From an uncultured Bacillota bacterium (lineage in GTDB: Bacteria > Bacillota > DTU025 > MWDF01), in contig CAWGMK010000010.1 in NCBI GenBank assembly GCA_963823655.1, forward strand, positions 96,001 through 160,000: 64,000 bases of DNA, given 5' to 3'. The translations under genes and the position numbers were made by a program. The notes beneath the pieces were generated by a model. It did not search any database. It was not told the origin of the DNA and saw only the letters and a list, made by a program, of their open reading frames with translations. Of the stretch, positions 36,022-45,835 are shown piece by piece. Position 1 is the stretch's first letter. Every line of letters starts with the position of its first letter.

Positions 36022-36540
36022 ATGGAAAAGCAGTTGGCAGCCCTCAACTTCGCACTGGGCATGGAGAAGGAAGGCAAGGCCTTTTTTGAGAAGGCGGCCG
36101 CCTCCGCCAGAAACCTTGGCGCCAAGCAGGCGTTCACGGACCTTGCTCATATGGAAGAGGGCCACATAGCGTATATACAGGCGAATATCGAAAGCCTTAC
36201 AAAGGGCGGAAAATGGACTGTGGTGCCCTCCGAAGGCATGGACCAGGCCAAGATGGGCAAGGCCGTCTTCCACGCCAGAGGCGAGGGGAAAGGGCCGGAG
36301 CCAGAGCTGGCAATCAGTGCGCTAACAACAGACCTGTCGGCAATCAGGATAGCGATTGCCATAGAAAACGACCTTTTCGGCTTCTATGCCAGAGCTTCAG
36401 AACACTCCGTTGAAAGGGACGCGAAAGCCGTATTCACGAAGCTATCGAACTGGGAGAAGGGGCACAGGGAGCTGCTTGAGGAGCAGTACGAGGGGATGAA
36501 GGAAGGCTTCTGGTCGGAGATGGGCTTCTCGCCGTTCTGA
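36022..36540 (+). CDS. Ferritin-like/rubrerythrin-family protein
   Basis: Two E..ExxH sets (MEKEG..EEGH; IEND..EKGH). Confidence 0.85.
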   Translation: MEKQLAALNFALGMEKEGKAFFEKAAASARNLGAKQAFTDLAHMEEGHIAYIQANIESLTKGGKWTVVPSEGMDQAKMGKAVFHARGEGKGPEPELAISALTTDLSAIRIAIAIENDLFGFYARASEHSVERDAKAVFTKLSNWEKGHRELLEEQYEGMKEGFWSEMGFSPF

Positions 36541-36560
36541 TCTTTATTGCTTTGAAAATT

Positions 36561-36599
36561 GGCAAGGGGGGCTTTTATGAGCCCCCCTTGCCCTATTTT
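36561..36599. terminator. Terminator between convergent genes
   Basis: ggcaaggggggc-ttttatga-gccccccttgcc. Confidence 0.85.
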
Positions 36600-36630
36600 G
36601 GCCGATTTGGCCTGGAGCAGCCTGGAAAGC

Positions 36631-38007
36631 TTAGAGCAATACCAGCGACATTAACGCAATAGAGAGGATCGAAACGATGCCGACGAACAGAGTGCCGCCG
36701 GTCTGAAGCTTATATGCCTGGTTGACGTCCATGTCGGAGAATTGTGATACGACCCAGAAGTAGGAGTCGTTGGCATGGGACACAACCATGGAGCCGGCGC
36801 CGATCGCAATTGTAACGAGGGCCCTTGCCATATTGCTGTCGAAGCCCAAAGACGGCATCAGCGGAGCAAGTATGGCGGATGTTGTTATCAAAGCGACCGT
36901 TGAAGAGCCCTGGGCGGTCTTGATTGCGGCCGCGATGATAAAGGGCAGGAAAATCCCCAAGTTGTATTTCGACAGAATGTCGCCAAGCACCCCGCCTATT
37001 CCTGTAGCCTGGAGCACCGCGCCGAACGAACCGCCTGCCGCGGTGATTACAAGTATTACCGCCGAATCCTTGATGGCCTCACTCACCCAGTCACCGTATA
37101 CTTGCTTGTTGATCTTGGTGGCGAGCGTCATGGCAAGGAAAACGCCGAGGATGAGGGCGAAGTTGGGGTTGCCTATGAACACCAAAATCGTCTTCAGGGT
37201 GCCTGTGCCGAAGGGGTTGGTATTGAAGTTCGCTACAGATCTTAGGGCTATTAGCAATATTGGGATGAGGATGGGCATGAAAGCTGCGAACGTGCCGGGA
37301 AGCCTTCCGAACTTCTTCAGCATCTCCTCATAGCTCATGCTTGCCTTGGGCTTGATGTCGATCTTGGAACCTACCTTCAGGGCATACAGCCAGCCTGCAA
37401 GAGTTGCGGGAATCGACGCGACAAGGCCGAGAAGGATGACCAGCCCGAGGTCGGCTCCGAGGTTGCCGGCTGCGGCGATGGGCCCCGGCGTAGGCGGCAC
37501 CATCGTATGGGTTGCGTAAAGCCCCATAGATAGCGCAGTCCCCATGACCGCAAGTGAAATACCCCCGGACTGGGCCAGCGCCCTGTTCAGGGACGATAGG
37601 ATTACGAATCCGCTGTCGCAGAAGACGGGAATTGATACGACATAACCGGAGAAGGCCATCGCAAGCGGCGAGTTCTTCTTGCCGACGAGCTTGAGCATGG
37701 TGCGGGCCATGACAACTGCAGCTCCGGTCTTCTCAAGTATGGTCCCTATGATTGTGCCAGCGACGATTACGATGCCGATGTTCGTCAGCGTGCTGCCGAA
37801 CCCGTTCGCAATCGTCTCAATAATTCCCGGAGTGGTCTTACCGTCGACTGTCTTCGGGATAAGAGGGGGATTTGTTGCCAGCAGGCCCACGAAAAGGGCA
37901 GCAAGAAGCAGTACGAGGAAAGCATTCATCTGTACTTTGCCTGTCATGATGACTATGAAAACTATCGCGATGACGAGCAGCAGAATTAACCAGGTGCCAC
38001 TGAACAC
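36631..38007 (-). CDS. GntP-family permease
   Basis: IPVFCDSGFVIL, PPTPGP, AQGSSTVA, SHANDSYFWVV. Confidence 0.92.
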   Translation of the reverse strand: MFSGTWLILLLVIAIVFIVIMTGKVQMNAFLVLLLAALFVGLLATNPPLIPKTVDGKTTPGIIETIANGFGSTLTNIGIVIVAGTIIGTILEKTGAAVVMARTMLKLVGKKNSPLAMAFSGYVVSIPVFCDSGFVILSSLNRALAQSGGISLAVMGTALSMGLYATHTMVPPTPGPIAAAGNLGADLGLVILLGLVASIPATLAGWLYALKVGSKIDIKPKASMSYEEMLKKFGRLPGTFAAFMPILIPILLIALRSVANFNTNPFGTGTLKTILVFIGNPNFALILGVFLAMTLATKINKQVYGDWVSEAIKDSAVILVITAAGGSFGAVLQATGIGGVLGDILSKYNLGIFLPFIIAAAIKTAQGSSTVALITTSAILAPLMPSLGFDSNMARALVTIAIGAGSMVVSHANDSYFWVVSQFSDMDVNQAYKLQTGGTLFVGIVSILSIALMSLVLL

Positions 38008-38216
38008 TTGCTAAACACCTCCCCTTATGAATGACCTATATGTGGTCGATAAGTAATTCTTCCTCATATTCAGGATTCCTCCAACTATAGGCGTGCACGT
38101 GGACTAAATTGCCGTAAAAGAGCTCCCTGCGATCCATGGTTGCGCCTGCCCATCCTCGCCTTATACTCCCGGGCAAAAGCATGGTAAAATTTACTTTCAG
38201 GCTATGGAGGTGTGAT

Positions 38217-38834
38217 TTGGACCTTCTTTTCATAAGGCATGGAGAAAGCTATGCGAATACTGACCGGGTGTTCTCTAATACGGGATGGAGGCACGGGTTA
38301 ACCGAAAAAGGCTTTTTGCAGGCAGAGGCCGCGGCAGCAGAGATGGAACCCTTCTTCGGGAGGCCTTCAAGGATATACAGCAGCGGGCTTAAAAGGGCAT
38401 ACGAGACCGCATCGGTAATCTCGGCGGCAAATGCGATCGAGCACAGGATACTGCCAGAGCTTGCCGAGGTGTCGGTAGGCATACTTGAGGGCAGGTCGGA
38501 CGCGGCAGGCTGGAGGATACATAACACAGTCTGGGACAAGTGGTTCCAGACGGGGGACCTCCAAGCAAGGGTGCCGGGGGGCGAGAGCCTTTTGGATGCG
38601 ATATCCAAATTCCGTGCGGTCATCTCAAGGCTCGGGGAGGAGGAGGGTGAAGACGCCAGGCTTATGCTTGTAAGCCACGGCGGCTTTATACTGGCAGGCC
38701 TTCTCAATCTCGTGTACAACGTGCCGGATTTCATCCCTCGCCGGGGGCATTTGGCGAATTGCGACATGATTCACCTGAGGGAAGTCGGCGGAGTGCTGAC
38801 TTTTCAAGGTTTCAAGTCGGTTTCGGCGCGGTAA
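38217..38834 (+). CDS. Histidine phosphatase family protein
   Basis: IRHGES, GLTEKG, RAYETA, PGGES, VSHGG; TTG start after GGAGG. Confidence 0.88.
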   Translation: MDLLFIRHGESYANTDRVFSNTGWRHGLTEKGFLQAEAAAAEMEPFFGRPSRIYSSGLKRAYETASVISAANAIEHRILPELAEVSVGILEGRSDAAGWRIHNTVWDKWFQTGDLQARVPGGESLLDAISKFRAVISRLGEEEGEDARLMLVSHGGFILAGLLNLVYNVPDFIPRRGHLANCDMIHLREVGGVLTFQGFKSVSAR

Positions 38835-38995
38835 TTTTGGGGCTTAAATCACGAAATATGCGAGATGCTGTACAATTAAAGCGAAAATCTTTCGATATTC
38901 ATTTTTTACCGATATGATTCTTGCAGGATAATCAAGATTTTCGACGTAGTTTTATTAGTGAAGCAAACCACCGTCCTTTGAAGGGTGTTGATATT

Positions 38996-39502
38996 TTGGA
39001 CTCCGAGAAGATGAAAGCCGTACATACCGTCGGAAACCGTGTCCTGTTGAACGAGTTCCTCACTGACGTTTTCCACCATATCCTCAAGTTCGAGGAATAT
39101 GCGTTGAGCAGGCAGGGAGTCGGCGACTTGTCGATACAGGAGATGCACCTGATTGAAAAGCTCGGTCCGGACAAGGAGCTGAGGATGAGCCAGATAGCCA
39201 ATGTGCTTGGCGTCACGCTCGGCACTATGACAGTCGCCGCGGACAGGCTCGATAAAAAGGGCTATGTCGTAAGGCAGAGGCTGGATGACGACCGCAGGGT
39301 AGTCAAGCTCAGACTCACCGATAAGGGCAAAGAGGCTTTTCACTTCCATGAGGAGTTCCACCTGAAGATGGCCGATATGGTGCTGCAGGGGCTTTCCCCT
39401 CTGGAAGAGGAGACGCTCACCCAGGCGCTGTCCAACTTAAGGGATTTCTTCATGGGGCTTGACTACAGGAAGCTGAAGAAAAAGGGAAAGAAGCCGGAAT
39501 AG
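38996..39502 (+). CDS. MarR-family transcriptional regulator
   Basis: MSQIANVLGVTLGTMT..RLDKKGYV.R..DDRRVV.L.LTDKG; start codon uncertain. Confidence 0.9.
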   Translation: MDSEKMKAVHTVGNRVLLNEFLTDVFHHILKFEEYALSRQGVGDLSIQEMHLIEKLGPDKELRMSQIANVLGVTLGTMTVAADRLDKKGYVVRQRLDDDRRVVKLRLTDKGKEAFHFHEEFHLKMADMVLQGLSPLEEETLTQALSNLRDFFMGLDYRKLKKKGKKPE

Positions 39503-39522
39503 ATTTTCAGGGGAGGTAAAAC

Positions 39523-40290
39523 ATGAAGAGATTGTTGCAGGTATTAAATATTCTGGGCTATCTTGCGGTTGTGGGCGTCAATGCGCTTGCAGTGCTTCTT
39601 CCCATCAACAACAAGACGACGGAAGAACTGTCAGACATGTATCCGAACCTTTTCGTACCTGCAGGCCTTACATTTTCCATCTGGGGCGTAATCTACATCC
39701 TTCTTCTGATATTTACGATTTATCAGGCGGCGGATCTTCTGGGCGGAAAGTCCAATAGGACGGAATTCGTCGCTAAGACAGGGCTTTTGTATCTGATAAC
39801 AAGCCTTCTTAACGTCGGCTGGATACTGGCCTGGCATTACGAGCAGATATTGCTTTCCGTAGTAATCATGCTCGGCTTCCTGGTAACGCTCATCGCTTTG
39901 TATTTGAGGATCGGGCAGAAGTTCCAAAGCTTCGGCGAGAGGTTCATGGCACAAGTACCGATCGGAGTCTATCTTGGCTGGATATCCGTCGCCACCATTG
40001 CCAATGTAACCGCGCTTCTGGTCAGCCTCGGCTGGAACGGCTTCGGCATCAGCGAGGAGATCTGGGCGATAGTCATGATAGGCGCCGCGGCGCTTCTAGG
40101 TGTGCTTATGAGGATATTGAAAGGCGAAATAGCATATGGGTTGGTCGTCATATGGGCGCTTGCAGGCATTGCCATCAAACGCCTTGGCACAGAGCCGGTT
40201 TTCATAAGCGTCGCTTACATGGCAATCTGCGGCGCGGCGGTCGTGCTCCTCTCATTCCTAATAAGAAAGAAGAAGTCGATCTTCCGCTAA
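39523..40290 (+). CDS. TspO/MBR-like tryptophan-rich membrane protein
   Basis: PAGLTFSIWGVIY, LNVGWI, YLGWISVATIAN; multiple TM segments. Confidence 0.75.
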   Translation: MKRLLQVLNILGYLAVVGVNALAVLLPINNKTTEELSDMYPNLFVPAGLTFSIWGVIYILLLIFTIYQAADLLGGKSNRTEFVAKTGLLYLITSLLNVGWILAWHYEQILLSVVIMLGFLVTLIALYLRIGQKFQSFGERFMAQVPIGVYLGWISVATIANVTALLVSLGWNGFGISEEIWAIVMIGAAALLGVLMRILKGEIAYGLVVIWALAGIAIKRLGTEPVFISVAYMAICGAAVVLLSFLIRKKKSIFR

Positions 40291-40310
40291 TCGCGCGCAG
40301 AGGTAAATTC

Positions 40311-40336
40311 AGGGCGGCCGATCGGCCGCCCTTTTT
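40311..40336. terminator. Terminator between convergent genes
   Basis: agggcggccg-at-cggccgccct then tttt. Confidence 0.7.
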
Positions 40337-40343
40337 ACATGAA

Positions 40344-41108
40344 CTAGATCTTTACCGCCACTGCCATCAGCTCGTATTCGTCCGGGTCTATCGGGCGCCT
40401 TCCCCAATTGCCGGCGGTGCCTCCCCAGATGTGTTCTGTCCTAAGGCCGCACTCCTTGAACATCAAGGATATCTCGCCACCCGTGAAGGCTTTCTCCCCT
40501 ACCATCTGAGCTGCAAGATCCGGGCTAATCTCGGGGTCTACCTCGGAAAGCGAGTGCCACTCCACGATATTCACCGGGTCGAACCTGCCGCTTGCGATGT
40601 CGGCTGCCCCATATTGCCTGATCAGCTTCAAGGCGCTAAGCGCGGTGACTATGAACTTGCCGCCCGGGCGAATGACCTTTGCGGCGTTGGCAAACACGGA
40701 GATTGCCTGTTGCATGGGCTCATCTCCGGAGCCAATTAGCCCTAGGGAGCCCTCGCAAAGACAGATGGCCGCATCGAACTGCCCGGCAAGCCCGAACTCC
40801 TCAGGGTATCCGCCTGTGGCGTCGGCCTTCAGAAATTTGATATCAAGGCCCGCTGCCGATGCCTTTTTCCGGGCGATTTCAAGCATTCCGTCCGATAGGT
40901 CCAGGCCGGTCATCTCATACCCCATACCGGTCAATGCTATGCTGTGCCGGCCTGTGCCGCAGCCGATGTCGAGGATCCTGCGGTGCTCCCCTATTGGCAG
41001 CAGCTCAGAAAGGAATTCGCACTCGGCAATCGTTGCGAAAGTGAATGCGTTCTCGTCGTAGCGCTTTGAATGGCTGTCGAAGAATGTCTGCCAGGCCTTC
41101 TTATGCAT
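40344..41108 (-). CDS. Class I SAM-dependent methyltransferase
   Basis: ILDIGCGTGRH, GLDLSDGML, FDAAICL. Confidence 0.9.
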   Translation of the reverse strand: MHKKAWQTFFDSHSKRYDENAFTFATIAECEFLSELLPIGEHRRILDIGCGTGRHSIALTGMGYEMTGLDLSDGMLEIARKKASAAGLDIKFLKADATGGYPEEFGLAGQFDAAICLCEGSLGLIGSGDEPMQQAISVFANAAKVIRPGGKFIVTALSALKLIRQYGAADIASGRFDPVNIVEWHSLSEVDPEISPDLAAQMVGEKAFTGGEISLMFKECGLRTEHIWGGTAGNWGRRPIDPDEYELMAVAVKI

Positions 41109-41196
41109 AAGAGCAACCTCCGTCCTTCATCGAAACCTAGTGCAGCAGGGGGCGAATACCATTACAATCGTAGTATATACTTATGGCGGTGATAGA

Positions 41197-41904
41197 ATGG
41201 CCACAGTAAAAGTAAAATTCATAGGCCATAGCGGGTTTCTAGTCGAAACGGGCGGCAGATTCCTGCTCTTCGACCTGTATAAGGACGAGGCAGGTGTGCT
41301 TTCGCAGGGCTTGCCCTTCGAAGGCGCCGGCGCGGTATTCGTCTCGCACAGCCACGGCGATCATTTCAACCCTAAGGTCTTCGGCCTAGGGGTAACAGGC
41401 AGCACCAGCTTCATAATCGATGAAGGAGTCAGGGCTCCTAAGACCGACTGCGAGCTGTTCAGGCTGTCGCCGGGAAAAAGCGCGGACCTGGGATGGGCTA
41501 CAGTTCGGGCATTCGGCTCAACGGATGAGGGATGCTCTTTCCTTGTGGATGTCGGCGGCATCAGGATATTCCATGCCGGGGACCTGAACGACTGGTACTG
41601 GGAGGACGAATCCACGCCCGAAGAACTTCTAAACGACGAGGCCCGCTTCATGCAGGAGCTTGGGAAAATCGCGGGCAATGAAGTGGACATCGCATTCTTC
41701 CCGGTGGATCTGAGGCTGGGCAGGCATGCTGCCAGAGGCGCCATCCGGTTTGCCGAGGCAGTAAGGCCGAAGTTCATCTTTCCGATGCACGTAAACGGCA
41801 GGCTTGATGCGAATCTGCTGCCCAAAGCCCTCCTTGAGAAGGGGATTAGGGCCGCTAGCATATATATGGAGAATCCGGGCGATGAGGTTTTAATAGAGCC
41901 CTAG
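41197..41904 (+). CDS. MBL-fold metallo-hydrolase
   Basis: GHSGF, SHSHGDH, HAGDLN, PMH. Confidence 0.88.
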   Translation: MATVKVKFIGHSGFLVETGGRFLLFDLYKDEAGVLSQGLPFEGAGAVFVSHSHGDHFNPKVFGLGVTGSTSFIIDEGVRAPKTDCELFRLSPGKSADLGWATVRAFGSTDEGCSFLVDVGGIRIFHAGDLNDWYWEDESTPEELLNDEARFMQELGKIAGNEVDIAFFPVDLRLGRHAARGAIRFAEAVRPKFIFPMHVNGRLDANLLPKALLEKGIRAASIYMENPGDEVLIEP

Positions 41905-41938
41905 AGTACAAATCGGGGCGTAAAATTGGGAGGTAACC

Positions 41939-42310
41939 ATGGAATTCAGGATCGTCCACTCGAACATCAATGTAACTGACCTGGAAAGGTCGCTGCGCTT
42001 CTACAAAGAGGCACTTGGGCTGACTGAGATGCGGCGCAAGGATGGGGCTGACGGCTCCTACAAGATAGCATTCCTCAAAGACGTGGTGGGGGAATACTTC
42101 CTGGAGCTGACCTGGCTTGCCGATAAGAAGGGGCCCTATGACCTGGGGGATAACGAATCCCACATCGCATTCAGGACGGATGATTACGAGGCGGCTTATG
42201 CCCTTCATTCGAAGATGGGCTGCATATGCTACGAGAACAAGGCGATGGGGATCTATTTCATAGAAGATCCGGACGGCTACTGGCTGGAAGTGCTGCCGAC
42301 CAGGAAATGA
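41939..42310 (+). CDS. gloA: Lactoylglutathione lyase / VOC family protein
   Basis: HSNINVTDLERSLRFY, LELTW, HIAF, FIEDPDGYWLE. Confidence 0.8.
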   Translation: MEFRIVHSNINVTDLERSLRFYKEALGLTEMRRKDGADGSYKIAFLKDVVGEYFLELTWLADKKGPYDLGDNESHIAFRTDDYEAAYALHSKMGCICYENKAMGIYFIEDPDGYWLEVLPTRK

Positions 42311-42321
42311 GGGGCTAACAG

Positions 42322-42792
42322 ATGGTAAAGACAGTTGTATGCTACTCGCGCTCGGGGAAAACACTTAGAGCAGCGGAGGAACTGGCAAAAGGGCTTGGCG
42401 CAAGGTTAATCGAGATCAAGGAGGCGAACCCGAAGAAGGGCTTCTTCGGCTTCATGGAATGCGGCATGTACGCGACCTTCAGATGGCCGTCCAAAATCCT
42501 GCCTCTGGACCTGCCCGGCGAAAAGCCTTCTCTTACCGTAATATGCGGCCCGATATGGGCAGGTAAGATGTCCGCCCCCGTAAGGGCATTTCTTCTAAAA
42601 AACAAGGATAAGATCGATGATGTAGCCTACATCCTTACGCGCGGCGACCAGAAGAACGATTATTTGGGCGCGATGGACGAGATGGACTCCATATTGGGCA
42701 AGAGGAGGAAGGGCGGCTTGAGCCTTGCGGCTGATTTGCCCCCGACCGCTGTGGCGTCCAGGGTGAAGTCCTTCTCGGACAGCTTGAGATAG
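42322..42792 (+). CDS. Flavodoxin-like protein
   Basis: YSRSGKT..A; GPIWAG..PVRAFL. Confidence 0.75.
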   Translation: MVKTVVCYSRSGKTLRAAEELAKGLGARLIEIKEANPKKGFFGFMECGMYATFRWPSKILPLDLPGEKPSLTVICGPIWAGKMSAPVRAFLLKNKDKIDDVAYILTRGDQKNDYLGAMDEMDSILGKRRKGGLSLAADLPPTAVASRVKSFSDSLR

Positions 42793-43016
42793 GCTTATCT
42801 AAGCACAGTTGATAAGAGTTGGCCTCAGAAACTGCGCTGTGAAGCATGCCGGGTGTGTATAACGGCTTGCTTTTCGCGCCGCTTTTGGGCGTATCAACGA
42901 AAATTATCCGCTTCGAATATTTCGGCGCCTGTTTATTCGTTAAGTTATATGGCTTCGATTATCAAGAGGAACCTACAATGGTATAATATCTTGGTATGGA
43001 TCTTGGAGGTGCTAGT

Positions 43017-43874
43017 GTGGAAAACGAGGAGAAAGAGCTGAAGCCGGAAGTGCCCGTCGGCACAGAGGCAGAGGCTGTCCCTGAGAAGGTTTTGGATGAG
43101 GCCCATGAGGCAGAAGTCGTTGAGGTAGCAGTGCCGGAGGGCATAGAAGCCGAGGCGGACGAAACGGTCGCTGCCTGCGAGGCTAATCTGCAGGGTTCAT
43201 CCGAAGAGGGCGAGCAGGTCGTAGAACCAGCGGCCGATGTGGTAGAGCCAGTGCCGGCGAAGAAGGGAAAGGCTTTCATGTCCGTTGTCCTGGAGTATCT
43301 CCAATCGATAGTCATGGCGTTTTTGATCGCAATCGTGATAATGGCATTCCTGGGCCGCTCCTATATGGTTGAGGGGGCGTCCATGGAGCAGACTCTCTTC
43401 AACAACGAGAGGGTGCTGGTCGAGAAGGTCAGCTATTACGTAAGCTCACCTAAAAGAGGCGACATCGTCGTACTCATGAATCCCAGGCAGCAGAAGTACG
43501 GCAACTGGTTTTTGGACACATTCGGCTTCGTAAAGGACATATTCGTGGTCGACATGTCCACAAGGCCTTACATAAAAAGGATAATCGGCATCACGGGAGA
43601 TACCGTCGAGGTGAAATCGGGCAAGGCGTACCTGAACGGGGAAATGCTCGAAGAGCCATACGTTAGCGAGGAGATCTGGTGGGACTTCGGCCCCACTACG
43701 GTGCCCGAGGGCTATGTATTCGTAATGGGAGACAACCGCAACCACAGCGACGACAGCAGGGGCTCCGTCGGCTTCCTTGAGACCGGGCGCATCCTTGGCA
43801 AGGCGGTCGTGAGGTTCTGGCCTATCAACAAGATGACGGTTTTCACAAGGCCGGATGTATTGAAGAACAGATAA
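43017..43874 (+). CDS. lepB: Signal peptidase I with acidic N-terminal extension
   Basis: GASMEQTL, RGDIVV, YIKRIIG, MGDNRNHSDDSR. Confidence 0.93.
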   Translation: MENEEKELKPEVPVGTEAEAVPEKVLDEAHEAEVVEVAVPEGIEAEADETVAACEANLQGSSEEGEQVVEPAADVVEPVPAKKGKAFMSVVLEYLQSIVMAFLIAIVIMAFLGRSYMVEGASMEQTLFNNERVLVEKVSYYVSSPKRGDIVVLMNPRQQKYGNWFLDTFGFVKDIFVVDMSTRPYIKRIIGITGDTVEVKSGKAYLNGEMLEEPYVSEEIWWDFGPTTVPEGYVFVMGDNRNHSDDSRGSVGFLETGRILGKAVVRFWPINKMTVFTRPDVLKNR

Positions 43875-43891
43875 AGGCCCTTTTCAAATCC

Positions 43892-43923
43892 ACCGGCCCG
43901 ATTTATCTCGGGCCGGTTTTTTC
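43892..43923 (+). terminator. Intrinsic terminator
   Basis: accggcccga-tttatc-tcgggccggt then ttttt. Confidence 0.85.
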
Positions 43924-43973
43924 TTAGCTAGCATTACCGCATGTTAGAATACTGCTTGGAACGGGGTGTTTAC

Positions 43974-44720
43974 ATGGACTGTGCACTTATCGAGGCTCAG
44001 ATAGTCGAATGGCTAGGATCCAAGGCGGCGGAAGCCGGCAGCAAGGGCTTCGTCTTCGGCCTTTCCGGTGGAATTGATTCCGCGCTCGTCGCAGCCCTTG
44101 CCGCGAAGGCGATGAAGGGCAGCTGCCTCGGGCTAATTATGCCCTGCGATTCGCATCCTTTAGATGCAGAACATGCCGTGCTCGTTGCTGAGACATTCGG
44201 CATAAGCACCAAAATCGTAGACCTATCAAGCGCGCATAAAAGCCTTATGTCGGAGTTCAGAAGAGGCGCCGAAAAGGAGCCGTCCAGGCTTGCCGCGGCA
44301 AACCTGAAGCCCAGGCTGAGGATGGCCAGCCTCTACTTCTACGCCAATGAGCTCAACTATATGGTCCTTGGCACCGGCAACAGGAGCGAGTGGTATGTGG
44401 GCTACAGCACCAAGTACGGGGACGGCGGCGTAGATGTGCAGCCGATCATAGGCCTTCTCAAAACACAGGTGGCCGAACTTTCCAGGCACCTGGGAGTGCC
44501 GGAGGAGATAGTCACCAAGACACCCACGGCAGGGCTCTGGCAGGGCCAGACCGACGAGGGGGAGATGGGCTTCACATATGCCCAGCTGGACAGATACATC
44601 GCGACAGGTGTTGCCGACGATGAGGTTAAGGCGAAGATCGACAGGATGCACAGGGGTTCAAGGCACAAGTTCGCCCTGGCTCCGTCCCCGATAGAGCCCG
44701 AAAAGGGCATAATGCTTTAA
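43974..44720 (+). CDS. nadE: NH3-dependent NAD+ synthetase
   Basis: GLSGGIDSA, NLKPRLRM, GTGNRSE, GYSTKYGDG, PTAGLWQGQTDE. Confidence 0.95.
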   Translation: MDCALIEAQIVEWLGSKAAEAGSKGFVFGLSGGIDSALVAALAAKAMKGSCLGLIMPCDSHPLDAEHAVLVAETFGISTKIVDLSSAHKSLMSEFRRGAEKEPSRLAAANLKPRLRMASLYFYANELNYMVLGTGNRSEWYVGYSTKYGDGGVDVQPIIGLLKTQVAELSRHLGVPEEIVTKTPTAGLWQGQTDEGEMGFTYAQLDRYIATGVADDEVKAKIDRMHRGSRHKFALAPSPIEPEKGIML

Positions 44721-44730
44721 AGCAGGAGCT

Positions 44731-45303
44731 GTGTGCGAAAGTTGGCTCAAAATCCTGTGGAGGAAATTCATATCCGGCTTTGGCGTCTACGACCTTGTGG
44801 TCATAGGCTTCATAGCAGCGCTGGGGATTGCCGCCAAAAGCGTCATAGGCCCCCTTGCCCATCTTGTGACTGTGCCCATCGGCATACCCGGCGGTGCGCT
44901 TGCAGGTGGCTTCTATATGCTCTGGCTGGTGCTGGCAAGGGCTTTTACGGCAAAGAGAGGGGCGGCCCTTCTGGCGGCGCTCGTACAGGCGATAATAGTG
45001 CTTATAACAGGCTCGTTCGGCTCCCACGGGGCGCTGACCCTGCTGACCTATACTCTGCCCGGCTTGGCGTGCGAGCTAGCCATGCTCCCGTACAGCCCGG
45101 ATGGCGACGGCAAGCTGTTGTGGTGCAGCCTTGGCGGGATCGCGGCGAACCTTACTGGCGTTGTTGCGTCCAACATAGCGTTTTTCAGGCTGCCTGCCCT
45201 GGCTCTGGCGCTCATGGCGGCAACGGCCGCGTTCTCGGGTGCGGCGGGGGGAGCCGCGGCATACGCGGCAACGACAAAGCTCAAGGCCGTTCTGGGTAGA
45301 TGA
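44731..45303 (+). CDS. ECF transporter S component
   Basis: ~190-aa hydrophobic protein (GGFYMLWLVLA..KRGAALLAALVQ) heading an A/A'/T cluster. Confidence 0.75.
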   Translation: MCESWLKILWRKFISGFGVYDLVVIGFIAALGIAAKSVIGPLAHLVTVPIGIPGGALAGGFYMLWLVLARAFTAKRGAALLAALVQAIIVLITGSFGSHGALTLLTYTLPGLACELAMLPYSPDGDGKLLWCSLGGIAANLTGVVASNIAFFRLPALALALMAATAAFSGAAGGAAAYAATTKLKAVLGR

Positions 45304-45319
45304 TGACTGGAGGAATAAG

Positions 45320-45835
45320 ATGAAAAGCAAGGACAGGCTGGCAATAGGCATCATAGTCCTCTTCGGGCTGGTTATGGTGGTACTCGGCGCCGTGAATTCC
45401 TGCGCAACCGACCAGAAGCTTGAAGGGGCGCTGGAAATATATCTTAACGGGGAGAAAGTCGCCACATTGAGCGCGGCTGACCTGTCAGCCCTGAAAAGCT
45501 CCACATTCAAGGCCGTTATAAGAAGCTCTAGCGAGGGCACGAGCGAGGCCGAGTTCACCGGCGTGCTCGTCTACGATATCGCGGCAAAGGCGGTTCCGAG
45601 CATCGCGGACGGCTTCAAGGCGATAATCGTAAAGGCGGAGGACGGCTACCAGACGGTGTTGAGCAAGGATGAGGCGCTGCTTAAGGACAATGCTTACATC
45701 TGCTTTCTCATGAACGGGGCCCCTATAAAAGGCAAGCTGCAGAAGGGCCACGGACCTTTGCGCCTGATCATCCGCAATGACGAGTTTGGCCAGCGCTGGG
45801 TGAAGTACGTAAACAGGATCGAGATAAGAAAGTGA
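45320..45835 (+). CDS. Membrane-anchored protein with molybdopterin-binding oxidoreductase-like fold
   Basis: N-terminal TM; FTGV..AEDGY..NGAPI..GPLRLII..RWVKYVNRIEI. Confidence 0.75.
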   Translation: MKSKDRLAIGIIVLFGLVMVVLGAVNSCATDQKLEGALEIYLNGEKVATLSAADLSALKSSTFKAVIRSSSEGTSEAEFTGVLVYDIAAKAVPSIADGFKAIIVKAEDGYQTVLSKDEALLKDNAYICFLMNGAPIKGKLQKGHGPLRLIIRNDEFGQRWVKYVNRIEIRK

